This document shows, one piece after another, positions 12,030-22,179 of a DNA stretch of 64,000 nucleotides. The notes under the pieces are model-generated. The model was not told where the DNA came from and ran no database searches. It saw nothing but the letters and a program-made list of their open reading frames with translations. Source of the DNA: Alphaproteobacteria bacterium (GTDB taxonomy: Bacteria; Pseudomonadota; Alphaproteobacteria; UBA828). The stretch spans positions 96,001-160,000 of the forward strand of contig CBDCQT010000012.1 of the NCBI GenBank assembly GCA_965220745.1, read 5' to 3'. Made by a program: the position numbers and the translations under genes. Each line of letters begins with the position of its first letter. The first letter of the stretch is position 1.

Positions 12030-12651
12030 GGTAGTCGTGAAAGACAATGCCTCAAGCGTCCCAGGCTGAACGCTACTGGTCCGGGTTGCTGTTCGGCAAA
12101 CTGAACCTCCGAGCGGTATCCCACTGACGAACATAGAGCGATAAGACATGGCCAAGAAACCCAAGAACCGGGTTCGTTCAACGCAACGCCGCAAGGCCGG
12201 GGTCGCCCCTGCGAAGACCATCGACAAGGGCCTTCGACATGCGGAACTCAATGCGATGCAGAACACAGCGATAGCCTTCACGGTAGCTACCAAGATGCTG
12301 GCGGAAGACATTCGCGCAAGAGGATACCGGTACAATGATGCGACGCCTGTAGACGGCGGTGGCGGGCGTTCGCACAGTGAAATCTGGCGGGCATCCAGCG
12401 CAGTAGCCCACTTCAACCTCCATCAATCCTTTGAAGCGCACATCAAGTTCATATTGGCTGTGGAAGGATCGAGAGTACCGCCCATCCACCCGCTTGCGAA
12501 GCTGTACAAACTCCTGTCGTGCGAGTCCAAGACCAAGCTCGATTCGCTCTATGCCCAGATCATCAAGCCAGCACAAACTGGTCGCTGCTTCGCCTGATCC
12601 TCCCCCATCGAGTTGGTCCACCCTTAGGTTATGGAAAGAGGAGGACCGACG

Positions 12652-12930
12652 ATGGCAAGGAAGCGTTACAAGCCCGAGGAGATCGTGAGCCTGCTGCGGC
12701 GGGCTGAGGTTCTGAACGGCCAGGGCATGTCGATGGCGGACGCGATCCGCGAGCTTGGGATCAGCGAGGTTACCTTCTACCGCTGGCGCAAGGAGTATGC
12801 CGGGATGAGCGGCGATCAGCTCCGCCGTTTGAAGGAGCTCGAGAAGGAGAACGAGCGGCTGCGCCGTGCGGTCTCCGATCTGACGCTGGACAAGCAGATT
12901 CTCAAAGAGGCCGCAGGGGGAAACTTCTAA
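12652..12930 (+). CDS. IS3 transposase OrfA (HTH)
   Basis: RY.PEEI..GISE.TFYRWRK.Y..LE.EN.RL. Confidence 0.9.
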   Translation: MARKRYKPEEIVSLLRRAEVLNGQGMSMADAIRELGISEVTFYRWRKEYAGMSGDQLRRLKELEKENERLRRAVSDLTLDKQILKEAAGGNF

Positions 12931-13004
12931 GCCCCTCGCGCCGGCGCCAGTGCATCGATCATGTCTGTGACCGGCTCGGGGTCTCGGAACGCCGCGCTTG
13001 CCGG

Positions 13005-13823
13005 GTGCTGGGGCAGCACCGCTCGACCCAGCGCCGCATCCCGCGCGGCCGCGACGACGAGGACCGCCTGGTCGCGTACATGATCGAGCTGGCCCGCCAG
13101 TACGGCCGTTACGGCTATCGCCGCATCGCGGCCCTGCTTCGCGATGCCGGCTGGCAGGTCAACGACAAGCGGATCGAGCGCTTGTGGCGGCGCGAGGGGC
13201 TGAAGGTGCCCGGCAAGCAACCGAAGCGGGGCCGGCTTTGGCTCAATGACGGCTCCTGCATCCGGCTGCGCGCCGAGAGGGCGGATCACGTCTGGTCCTA
13301 CGACTTCGTCCATCACCGGACGTATGACGGCAGGGCCTTCCGCATGCTCAACGTCCTGGACGAGTTCACCCGCGAGAGCCTGGTCATCCGGGTGCGCAGG
13401 AGGCTTTCCTCGATCGACGTCATCGATGTGCTGACCGACCTGTTCATCCTGCGCGGCATTCCGACCTGGATCCGTTCCGACAACGGTCCGGAGTTCGTCG
13501 CCGAGGCCGTCAGGCGGTGGATCGCTGCGGTCAGCGCCCGCACCGCCTTCATCGAGCCGGGCTCACCCTGGGAGAACGGCTACATCGAGAGCTTCAATGC
13601 GCGGCTGCGCGACGAGCTCCTGAACGGGGAGATCTTCTACACCCTGAAGGAAGCCCAGGTTCTCATCGAATCGTGGCGGTGCCATTACAACGCGATCCGC
13701 CCACACGGCAGCCTGGGATACCGGCCGCCCGCCCCGGAGACGATCATCATGCCAAGCTGGCCGCCCGGCTCCGCTACGCTCCGCCGGCCACCCAGCTTGG
13801 CCGAGGAACCCGCGATGCACTAA
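13005..13823 (+). CDS. IS3 transposase OrfB (DDE/rve), probably reached by -1 frameshift
   Basis: YGYRR, WSYDF, SDNGPEF, ENGYIESFN motifs. Confidence 0.9.
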   Translation: MLGQHRSTQRRIPRGRDDEDRLVAYMIELARQYGRYGYRRIAALLRDAGWQVNDKRIERLWRREGLKVPGKQPKRGRLWLNDGSCIRLRAERADHVWSYDFVHHRTYDGRAFRMLNVLDEFTRESLVIRVRRRLSSIDVIDVLTDLFILRGIPTWIRSDNGPEFVAEAVRRWIAAVSARTAFIEPGSPWENGYIESFNARLRDELLNGEIFYTLKEAQVLIESWRCHYNAIRPHGSLGYRPPAPETIIMPSWPPGSATLRRPPSLAEEPAMH

Positions 13824-14328
13824 CATTCGACCTGGACCAGTCGACGGGGGCAGGTCACGCCGTAGCGTTCAAAACCGTCAGCACACCCGCGCCTCCTGCC
13901 CGCCCGTCTGACGAAACCGTGATGACCGTACAGCAATGGTTCAAGACGATGGACGACACGATGCGCCTATTCGAACGTCGGTACGAAGCGGAAGACGTGG
14001 GGCGTTCCCGGTGGACCGTCTACTACCTCGACTTCGAACCACTGTTCGAAATGCTGGACCAAATCGGCGTCCATGCCAGTGCACTCTTCGAGCGTTGGGC
14101 GCGGACGGCAGTCGGCGGGAACGCCGGTCGGTAGAGGTCGCCCTGCGCTTGCCAACTGTACCTTGCGCCAGGCCAATCCCATCCCTCCGACACACCGACC
14201 GTTAACGATCAAAACGACTGCCGCCTCGTACGCGTGATGAAAAGCCGCCAGAAACCCTCGCGCGGGACGCGACGACGGCCTCGCGACATCGCGCCCGCCG
14301 TCGGCTGTGTCGGCGTGGCGGTGGTTGA

Positions 14329-14682
14329 TCAGTGGCGTTCGACAGCGACGATGCGAAGCTTCCCCCCGGAAGACGCGTGCGCCTGCCGGATGGCGATTTC
14401 GATGTCGCACCCGAGCGCGGTCAACAAGCGGAGCAGACGCTCCAGCGAATACTTGCGGAAATCGCCACGCAGGAGCCGGGACATATCGGGCTGGGGGAGT
14501 CCGAGCAGCCGCGCGGCGTCGGTCTCGTTGATGCCGCGCTCGCCGAGGATGTCGTCGATGCAACCGATCAGCTCGGCCTTGACGAGGTGCGCTTCGGCAT
14601 CGGGAAAGCCAAGATCGGCGAACACGTTGCTGCTGCCGCGTTGCACGGCCGTGTCGGGGGTTTCCATGGTTTCAGCCCCCAC
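14329..14682 (-). CDS. XRE-family HTH protein (HigA-like, no toxin partner seen)
   Basis: SSNVFADLG.PDAE..L.KA.L ... QPD.SRLLRG....SLERL; start may be the second Met. Confidence 0.8.
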   Translation of the reverse strand: MGAETMETPDTAVQRGSSNVFADLGFPDAEAHLVKAELIGCIDDILGERGINETDAARLLGLPQPDMSRLLRGDFRKYSLERLLRLLTALGCDIEIAIRQAHASSGGKLRIVAVERH

Positions 14683-14705
14683 GAAGCGCGAGACGATACA
14701 CGCCG

Positions 14706-15413
14706 TCAGTCACTCTCGCGCGTAGTCTGCCGTTTTCCCAACGCCCAGCTCATGAGATCGGTCCGGGTATAGACGATCCTGCCATGAAACCTGTGATAGG
14801 CCGGGCCCACGCCCCTCGAACGATAGCGAACCAGCGTACGTCGCGCGAGGCCGAGCAGCGCCGCGGCTTCGCTGGTGTCGAGGAATTCCCGGCGGTGATG
14901 CGCCGGAGGGTCTTCATCGTCTGTGTCGGACACTCGGAAGGCACTGCCTTTCTTCCTCTCGGCCTGCGACATCGGGTTCGCGACGGCGCCGCATGTCGAC
15001 TCGCCGCCGTCTTCGAGCATCCCGGCGATGACCGCGCGCTGCGAAGGGTCGGCGGCGCGGTCCATGTACTCACGCGCTTGTTGAACGGCAGCAAGCCGAA
15101 CCGATTGCTGGGTCCCGAGCCTGCTTACGAACCAGGCAGAGCCAACGGCGTCGATTCCGAACCTCTCCGGCCTCGTTCCAGTGACCTCGAGGAAGGCTTC
15201 AACATCGCGCCTGACGGTGGGGCCGATCGGCGTTTCGCCCATGAAGCGAAGCACGCGGTCCGCGGTATTGAGCGTCATCGTCCGTTGCACGCCGAGCCGT
15301 CGCACGAAATCGGGTCGACCGAGCGCGCGCCTGCCGAACTCTTCGTCCGCGATCCCGGTGCGCGCCAGATAGTCCGAGACCTTGGTGCGGATGTCCGCCA
15401 TCAGGTCCGTCAT
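14706..15413 (-). CDS. Regulator with two tandem Cro-like domains plus C-terminal excisionase-type HTH
   Basis: Repeat FG..A.G...FV.RL twice; FLDT.EAA.LLGL..RTL..YR..G.GP.Y AlpA/HTH_17-like C-terminus. Confidence 0.7.
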   Translation of the reverse strand: MTDLMADIRTKVSDYLARTGIADEEFGRRALGRPDFVRRLGVQRTMTLNTADRVLRFMGETPIGPTVRRDVEAFLEVTGTRPERFGIDAVGSAWFVSRLGTQQSVRLAAVQQAREYMDRAADPSQRAVIAGMLEDGGESTCGAVANPMSQAERKKGSAFRVSDTDDEDPPAHHRREFLDTSEAAALLGLARRTLVRYRSRGVGPAYHRFHGRIVYTRTDLMSWALGKRQTTRESD

Positions 15414-15476
15414 GGGGCTTGCTCTAATCCGGACTCGAACCCGAGCGCTGCCGCGAGCCGGTGAAGCGCCGACCGG

Positions 15477-16196
15477 TCAGCGCAATTCAAGATGGTTGCC
15501 CTTGCGTCTTGCCCATGCCCAGGCCAGGAGATCGGCCCGGAAATACCGCACATGCGTTCCCAGCTTGCAGTACGTGGGACCGCCCCCGACCGCCCGGAAG
15601 CGGGACAGCGTGAGCGGCTTCAGGTTGACAACGGCCGCGGCCTCCGCCGGGGTGAGCAGGATCTTCTCCTCGATCGCGCGAGAGGTTTCTCCCGCAAGGT
15701 CTTCGCCGCCGCCTTCGGCGCGCGGCTTCCCCTCGACCAGTGCGTCCATAGCGCCCGGGTCCGGATTGAGGACGGGATCGGGCACGCCGGGGTCGGCGAT
15801 CGCCTGAGCGATCGCCACACGTTCTCCGTGGCTCGCGGTTTCGCGCATCCAGGTCCGCACCTTCTGGATGGTATCCAATCGCGGCGTCGCGCCCGCGTTC
15901 AGCCTGTGCACGAAAGATGGATCTCTGAGAGCCAGTTGCCCGAGCGCGGTGCCGTTGGTGCCGGAGACGACGAGGAAGGCCGCAATCTCGGCCCGGAATG
16001 CCGGACCGATCTCGGGTTGGTCCATGAAGCGGAGTACCCGGTCGGCGGTGTCCATCGTCGGCACGGCCCCCTTTCGGAGGTTCGTAACGAACTCGCCGTG
16101 GCCGGCGGCATCCCTGCCGAACTTGGCGTCATTCAGCGGCGATCGGCCGACGAAGGCCAGGACCAGGTTCCGGAAGTTGGTTTCGAGGCTCGTCAC
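15477..16196 (-). CDS. Paralogous regulator with two Cro-like domains plus excisionase-type HTH
   Basis: GTG 16196 after AGGGAG; TADRVLRFM..IGP shared with neighbour; LLTP.EAA...TL..R..GGGP.Y.KLG..VRY...DL. Confidence 0.7.
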   Translation of the reverse strand: MTSLETNFRNLVLAFVGRSPLNDAKFGRDAAGHGEFVTNLRKGAVPTMDTADRVLRFMDQPEIGPAFRAEIAAFLVVSGTNGTALGQLALRDPSFVHRLNAGATPRLDTIQKVRTWMRETASHGERVAIAQAIADPGVPDPVLNPDPGAMDALVEGKPRAEGGGEDLAGETSRAIEEKILLTPAEAAAVVNLKPLTLSRFRAVGGGPTYCKLGTHVRYFRADLLAWAWARRKGNHLELR

Positions 16197-16959
16197 CGGA
16201 GCTCCCTTAGGTCCGGCTCCGAACCCGCGCATCGACCGGCAAGAGGCCGGCCGGCGATGAAGTCTGGGTCGACGCGCATTCCCGGGGATTGTCTGCTCTG
16301 CGGTGCCGATAGGCAGTGGCGGGGAGAATCGACCGTTCCCGCCGACGATGGGTAGGCATCCGGTGAGGACCGCCTTTGCGAATCCGCAGGGCTGAGCGAA
16401 AGCGTGCATTCGGGAGTAGGCGCCAGGAGGTGTCGACGAGTCGAAGGGACTCGCACGCGGATGGCCGAGAGCGCCGTCCTCAGCGCGTTGAAGGGCTCGA
16501 CCTCTCCTTCGCTAAACGTGGCGTTTCTTGTCGAAGCAACCGGAGGCCGTACCCGACCTCGCGCCAGGGCATGAATACCGGTCCGAGGGTCGGGAGCACG
16601 CCCGATACGCCCCGAATGCCGAGCATCGGCGAGCCTCAGCCGAACGCGTTGACTGCGTCGATCGTCGAGTTCAGTCTGTCCATTGCCTACCTCCCGAGGA
16701 ACAGGACTGACGACCGGAACCGCCGCGGACGGCGGCCACCCGTGCGCGCGAGAGGATGGCATCGCTTTCCGCTTGCCGAACCGAAGGCGGATCATCCCGA
16801 GCTCGCTCCGGGCTGCACTGATGCCAGAGTGAACGATAGCCCGATCGTGCGTTTTCGCGCTTCCCCAACATGGGGGAGGTTCAGGGAATATCCGGCGGTG
16901 TTTCGCGAGCTGTGCAAAGAAAACCGATGCCGGCGCCGATCCGGCTCCACGCCACGGCA

Positions 16960-17160
16960 CGGACCCCCCGCGCTCGCGATACTGGCGCCGCCAGTTGAAC
17001 ACCAGGTCGGGGTGACCGCGTTGCGCCCCGCCACCAGCACGACCGATGTCCCCGGCTGATGGCTCTCCGCTACGATCCGGCGCTTGTCCGCCTTGCTCCA
17101 ACGATGATGCGGGCCGGCCGCCATCGACCGCGTGGTCCCCGGCTTCTCCACTGCATCCGA
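16960..17160 (-). pseudogene. IS66-type TnpA (HTH) remnant, frameshifted
   Basis: RWS..DKRRIVAES..PG.SV..VA followed by LVFNWRRQYR in another frame. Confidence 0.65.
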
Positions 17161-17612
17161 CATCCCTCGATCCAGGTCGCCCATCATCTTGGCGTTGGGA
17201 TGGAAATGAAAATGCCGTCTGGGAGAAGATTCATGCCGCCGTTGCATGAGCCCGACTGAGCTGAAACGGAACGCACGCCAAGGCTCGGCCGGAGGGAGCG
17301 GGCGGCCACCCCAGGGTGGAAGGAGGAGACGTAGCGGCGTCTCGTTGAGCGCAAGCGTCCGGACAACGGGTCGACAAACTCCCGGCGAAACTGGAGGCCC
17401 CGGGCAGCCTACCGGAATATTGGCGGATCCGTAATCAATACGAAATCACGATAAAGTAACTTTCTGGCGCCGCCTGGAAGCGCGTGGCAAGGGATCGCGA
17501 CCGTCCTATGGCGGTCGTACGGACTGCGCCCCGCGCAAACGGGCCCGGGAACCGAAAGGCGTGGTAGCGGACGTTGAGACCGGGATCGCGGGCGGTCGCT
17601 ACCGGCGCCGCG

Positions 17613-18530
17613 TCAGTCTTCGGCGTTGCGTGCTTGCAGTTCGGCGACGACCTTGTCCACTCTGGACCGAAGAGCCTGGTAGCCGACTGCGTCCGTCATC
17701 TCTTCGAGGCTGTCGAGACCGATATGGGGCTGGTCTTCCGGCAGGCTGCTCGTGGGAACCACGAAGAACTGCCATTGATCCGGCTCCCGCTGGTCGGTCA
17801 CCGACCCATGGTCCACCCCATGCCAAGCGAAGACGTGAATATGAGCGCGGTGGCCCGGCTTGTCGATCCACACATCGTCGATGGCCCAAAAGCCCTTGGG
17901 AGGAGCGATATCGAACCGGGGCGTCTGCCGGCGGACGAAACCCTGCCCGCGGTGCCATGGCCGAAGCAGCGCAGACTGCTCGATCTTCATCCACGTCCCG
18001 GATGGATGCTGTAAATCCCAAGGCGCCCGGTCGTGGCCCTTTCTCCAGGGTGGGGTCCAATCGGGCGCCAGGAGTTCGGAGACCAGGCACTCCGCATAGG
18101 TCGCGCGGTGGGAGTTGCTCATCACGGAACGGTCGAAGCGTCGCACGATGCGAGAGAGAACCCGCCGGTGCACGGGGCTGGCGGCCTCGCGTTCGGAGGA
18201 CCAGTCGTCCGGATCGGGTGCCGATTCGATGCCCCGCGTTGACGGTGCGAGCGCCGCAGGCAGTTCCGCGTCCAGGCTCTTGAGACGGACAAGGGTGCGC
18301 GCCGCCTTGCGGCGCGCCTGGTCGGCGGTGATCAGGCCGTGGGGGCCCAGCGTGATCCGTCTGAGCTTCCCCTGCGACCGGCATTGCACGACGAAGACCT
18401 TGGAGCCCGAGGGATAGACGCGCACGCCGAATCCCTTGAGGTCGGGATCCCAGTAAACGGCGTCCTTTCCATCGACCGGCAGAGCGTCGACGGTGCGCTT
18501 GGAGATCCGTTTGCCTTCCAGCCTGGTCAT
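17613..18530 (-). CDS. Integrase Arm DNA-binding domain fused to restriction-endonuclease-like domain
   Basis: ISKRTVDAL..YWD.DLKGFGVRVYPSG.K Arm domain; no RHRY core; C-terminal R..YAE.LV...WDL...G..I.QSA...W pattern. Confidence 0.65.
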   Translation of the reverse strand: MTRLEGKRISKRTVDALPVDGKDAVYWDPDLKGFGVRVYPSGSKVFVVQCRSQGKLRRITLGPHGLITADQARRKAARTLVRLKSLDAELPAALAPSTRGIESAPDPDDWSSEREAASPVHRRVLSRIVRRFDRSVMSNSHRATYAECLVSELLAPDWTPPWRKGHDRAPWDLQHPSGTWMKIEQSALLRPWHRGQGFVRRQTPRFDIAPPKGFWAIDDVWIDKPGHRAHIHVFAWHGVDHGSVTDQREPDQWQFFVVPTSSLPEDQPHIGLDSLEEMTDAVGYQALRSRVDKVVAELQARNAED

Positions 18531-19335
18531 TTCCCTATCCAGCCTGGGATGCCGGAAATCGGCGGTCGAATCGGCTCTCGATCGGAGCAGCCGGCCGATA
18601 TCCGTCGGCCCACGACTTTGCCTCAATTTCGGTAGGAAATTCAAAGGGTAAGCTCATTTTTGGGTCCTCTCGTGAACGCCTGTCTTCCTATCGGCAAGAA
18701 GAAGATTGGCGCCTGTCTTTGCGTCGCACAGAACAAGTCGAAGGAACGGGTCAAACGTCCCCGACGGGCGAGAGGAGCAGAGAGGTCAGTCGGTATCAGG
18801 AAAGGCCGACCAGGGTCCTGTGGATGAGCGGAAGTTCTCTGGAGAAGAGGCATGTCGACCGACCGACCAGCAGAGGTGGCCCGAAACACGATTACGGTGT
18901 CGATCGGCAGACTTGGGTCCGAGGGTGGATCGACCTTGCTGATTCACTTGGGTAACGTTCGGGCGGTGAGTGGCTCGCTGGACGTTCAGCCCGTGCCGTA
19001 ATCAATTGCCTGATACGCGTAGTTCACCGGCTGACCCCATGCGGACCTGGCTGGTGAGCGAGGTGAACAGCGCGCGGTCGATCGGCACGTTCGCGACCAG
19101 CCGAGAGTGCCCCGGCGAGCTCGGTCTCGATCAGGCGCAGCTTCTCGACCACCGCGAGCGCGGTGTTGAGCCGTTTCAGGCCCTGGTGGCGATGCCGCGC
19201 GAGAGCCACGATTGGCGCGCAAGCCCTCGCGCCAGCGCCGGAGCTGCTCGCCGTCGGCGATATTCTCTAGTCCGAGCATGCCGCCGTTCTAGAGACCCCG
19301 GGGATTGACACCGCCGCATCCGTGTGCGACATGGC

Positions 19336-19412
19336 CGTCGTCGGGTGCCCTCGATGGGCTCGATATGGTTCGCCCAGCCTGACATCACCGACCCTCCGTA
19401 CGGAGGGTTTCT
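19336..19412 (+). ncRNA. Candidate structured small RNA, copy 1
   Basis: TTGACA at 19305, conserved stem-forming core, terminator hairpin ACCCTCCG-TA-CGGAGGGT then TT; near-identical copy at 22102. Confidence 0.55.
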
Positions 19413-19765
19413 TGGTGGTATGACCCCCACGCCTCCGTCGCAAGCGCGCGCAGCGGCGAGCGGTCCGGCGCCCGCAAGCGCTGCAGGCCCTCGTCGTTCT
19501 CCGGGCGATTTGGCGGCAACCTGCCCCCCGTCGCCGAGCGAATTGCTCAGGACGCCATGTCAGGCTCCTTGCCTTCCTCGAACGCGTGCACCTCCATCCG
19601 TATCGCCTCGCCGTGGGCAAATGTCTCACGACGCGGCCGAGCGAAAAGCGATTCAAACCGCGTTCCCCTCATTGAACCCCCAAATCGCTGGTTCCATACT
19701 TTCGCAACAGGAAACATTTGCGGCGCCAATTCACACCAACGCTGTACTCCCCCAGGAGACGCAAC

Positions 19766-20038
19766 ATGCCCCTCAGCGCCACGGACATCGAACAGGCCCT
19801 CCGAGGACTCCCCGACCTTCCCGTACAAGTCGACTCCTGGCTCGTCGAAACCGGAACCGACTGGACCGACGATGCCGCGGTCTGGGTCTGGGGAATGCTT
19901 CCGGACGCCGAAATCGACATCACCACACAATTCGCGCTGCGAAAGGCCATCCGTAGCGTCGTGCGCGAGCACGCCGGCGACGATATTGGCATCTACATCC
20001 GCTTCCGCTCGACATCGGATCTGGCGCAGACCGCATGA
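19766..20038 (+). CDS. Small acidic protein, possible minimal nucleotidyltransferase-like partner of downstream HEPN gene
   Basis: RBS AGGAG, D.TDD.AVWVW pattern, ATGA overlap with HEPN gene. Confidence 0.55.
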   Translation: MPLSATDIEQALRGLPDLPVQVDSWLVETGTDWTDDAAVWVWGMLPDAEIDITTQFALRKAIRSVVREHAGDDIGIYIRFRSTSDLAQTA

Positions 20039-20379
20039 CGCTGCACGCGGATCTTCTCAAACAGGCCGGTTTCCTCGCCCGCAGAGAACCCAAGCGCCCC
20101 TCGCGGGCCATCCTGCGGAGGGCCGTTTCCTCCGCGTACTACGCGCTTTTCCACCTCCTCGTCGACGAGGCCACCCAGCTCATGTTCTCCGGCCATGGCC
20201 GAGCCCCGCTCCGTCCTGTCGCCGCGCGGGCCTTCCGCCACTCCACGATGAAGGCTCTTGCCCGGCAATTCGCCACGCCAGGAGTCCCGGGTAGGAGCAG
20301 TGTTCTTTCAATTGCCGATCGAGGGAACGGCGGATCGTCTGATTCGATCGCCAAGGGTGGTTTGGCTTCGAACGGTTGA
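20035..20379 (+). pseudogene. HEPN-domain protein, apparently 3'-truncated near 20290
   Basis: LRRAVS.AYYALFH HEPN N-terminal motif; no recognisable C-terminal R-x4-6-H/DY before the sequence turns into integrase upstream region. Confidence 0.65.
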
Positions 20380-20641
20380 AGGGAGCGCTCGCCCGGAAGT
20401 GGGATCGTCCACGCTCATCGGAAAACGAGATACGAATTGGGGGCCAAACAGGGCCAATCGAGGTCAAGCGGGGCCGGACGCATGATAAGCCACTGATAAT
20501 GGATGCTTTTCTCTTGATCCAACAGGCGCTCTGCTCTTGTATCGCTATCCTGGATCGTCTCCAATCCCTCCAGAGCCGGTCCCATGCTGCGATTTGAGAC
20601 CGGAATTGCGGGTCGCGCGGATCGATGCACCGGAGAGGACC

Positions 20642-21826
20642 ATGCCGAAGCGAAGCACCATCAGGCTCAGCTCAAGCTTCGTGAAGGCGCTGCAGACGGA
20701 CGGGAGGGATGCCTTCTACTGGGACCACGAGCTGGCCGGATTCGGCGTGCGTGTCCAGAAGAACGGGCGCAAGGTCTATGTCGTCCAGTCCCGGGGACCG
20801 TTCGGCATCAAGCGCGCGACGCTCGGACCTTGCGAAGACATGCCGATCGCGCAAAGGCGGCGCGAGGCGGCGGCGGTCATCGATCGCATCAAGCAGGGCG
20901 AGGATCCGATGCCGGCGCCGCCGGAGCCAGATCCCACCGTCGCCGAACTGGCGGAACGCTACATGCGGGCCTATGTCGCCGTCCGGTGCAAGCCCAGGAC
21001 GGTGGAGGGGTACCGGGCCCTGCTCGACGACTACATTCTCCCGGCGCTGGGCGCGATGCCGTTGAAGGCGGTCCGAGCCAAGAATGCCATCGCACTCCAT
21101 GACAGCCTGCGCCATACGCCCTCTCAGGCCAACCGGGTTGTCGCGGTCCTGTCACAGATGTTCGCGCTCGCCGAGACCTGGGAGCTCGTGCCCCGAGGCC
21201 GTAATCCGTGCAAGAGGGTCAAGCACTATCGCGAGAAGCCCCGCGAGAGGTTTCTGTCGCCCGAGGAGTACCGGAGCGTCGGCGTGTCGCTCAAGGCTGC
21301 CGAAGCCGAAGGCTGGATGTGGCCGCCGGCAATCGCGGCGATCCGGCTGCTGATGCTGACCGGCTGCCGCAAGTCCGAAATCCTCACGCTCCGGTGGGAC
21401 GACGTTGACCGCACGGCGGGCGAACTGCGGCTCCGCGACGGCAAGCAGGGCCCGCGCATGGTGCTGCTGACCACGCCGGTGCTGAAGGTGCTCGACGGCA
21501 TCGAGCGCGTGGAGGGCAATCCCTGGGTCATCCGGAGCAAGAAACGCGGCATTCACCTGCCGGACCTGACCTACTACTGGAACCGTATCCAGGCGCATGC
21601 CGGGCTGGAGGGCGTGCGCATCCACGACCTCAGACACAGCTACGCCTCGGAGGCCCTCGCGCTGGGCGAGAGCCTGACCATGATCGGCCACCTGCTCGGA
21701 CATTCGAAGGTCGGAACTACTTCGCGGTACGCGCATCTGGCGCACGACGCCGAGAAGGCCGCCGCCGCGCGCACCGGCGACAGCATCGGCGCTCATCTCA
21801 AGCCGCAAGACCCCGAAGCGGCGTAG
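20642..21826 (+). CDS. Tyrosine recombinase/integrase with Arm domain
   Basis: YWD.ELAGFGVRV, TGCRKSEI, HDLRHS, LLGH, RYAH. Confidence 0.93.
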   Translation: MPKRSTIRLSSSFVKALQTDGRDAFYWDHELAGFGVRVQKNGRKVYVVQSRGPFGIKRATLGPCEDMPIAQRRREAAAVIDRIKQGEDPMPAPPEPDPTVAELAERYMRAYVAVRCKPRTVEGYRALLDDYILPALGAMPLKAVRAKNAIALHDSLRHTPSQANRVVAVLSQMFALAETWELVPRGRNPCKRVKHYREKPRERFLSPEEYRSVGVSLKAAEAEGWMWPPAIAAIRLLMLTGCRKSEILTLRWDDVDRTAGELRLRDGKQGPRMVLLTTPVLKVLDGIERVEGNPWVIRSKKRGIHLPDLTYYWNRIQAHAGLEGVRIHDLRHSYASEALALGESLTMIGHLLGHSKVGTTSRYAHLAHDAEKAAAARTGDSIGAHLKPQDPEAA

Positions 21827-21832
21827 GGGGCG

Positions 21833-21960
21833 ATGGCTGTGCTGCAAACCAGGAGGCTCTCCAACCGCACCGTGGCGGCGCTCGCTGTCGAGCATGACAC
21901 GGTGTTCGGGGACTGCGAGATCACCGGTTTCGGGGTCCGGGTGTATCCCGTAGGCGGCTC
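21833..21960 (+). pseudogene. N-terminal Arm-domain fragment of a further integrase
   Basis: LSNRTV.AL....DTVF.D.EITGFGVRVYP.G, then similarity is lost. Confidence 0.7.
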
Positions 21961-22101
21961 CATCGTTCCGTCGGGCAAACGCGGCACGGCCGGTCGATGG
22001 CCCGGCACCCTGACGCCACGCCTCATGCAGTGAGCGTTCGAGGATGCTGACGTTCCAAGAGACCCTGGAATTGACACTGGTGCATTTACAGGCGACATAT
22101 T

Positions 22102-22179
22102 CGTCGTCGGGTGCCCTTGATGGGCTCGATATGGTTCGCCCAGCCTGACATCACTGACCCTCCGGCCGGAGGTTTTTTT
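22102..22179 (+). ncRNA. Candidate structured small RNA, copy 2
   Basis: TTGACA at 22071, same core as copy 1, terminator CCTCCG-GC-CGGAGG-TTTTTTT. Confidence 0.55.

Larger units (their letters stand above)
12595..13857 (+). mobile_element. IS3-family insertion sequence, copy 1 (1263 bp) with 4-bp TSD CGCC
   Basis: TG..CA ends, imperfect terminal IRs, orfA/orfB with GGGAAAC slippery site, CGCC on both flanks. Confidence 0.95.
12148..14134 (+). pseudogene. HEPN-like protein gene split by IS3 (about 239 aa when rejoined)
   Basis: HQSFE.HIK.IL........IHPL.KLY motif; removing the IS and one CGCC copy rejoins GRCFA|VAFKTV in frame to stop 14134, which includes an RY motif. Confidence 0.75.

Noticed and set aside
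18986-19279. Frameshifted minus-strand gene remnant
   Set aside because: Coding-like in patches, but I cannot assign it to any family.
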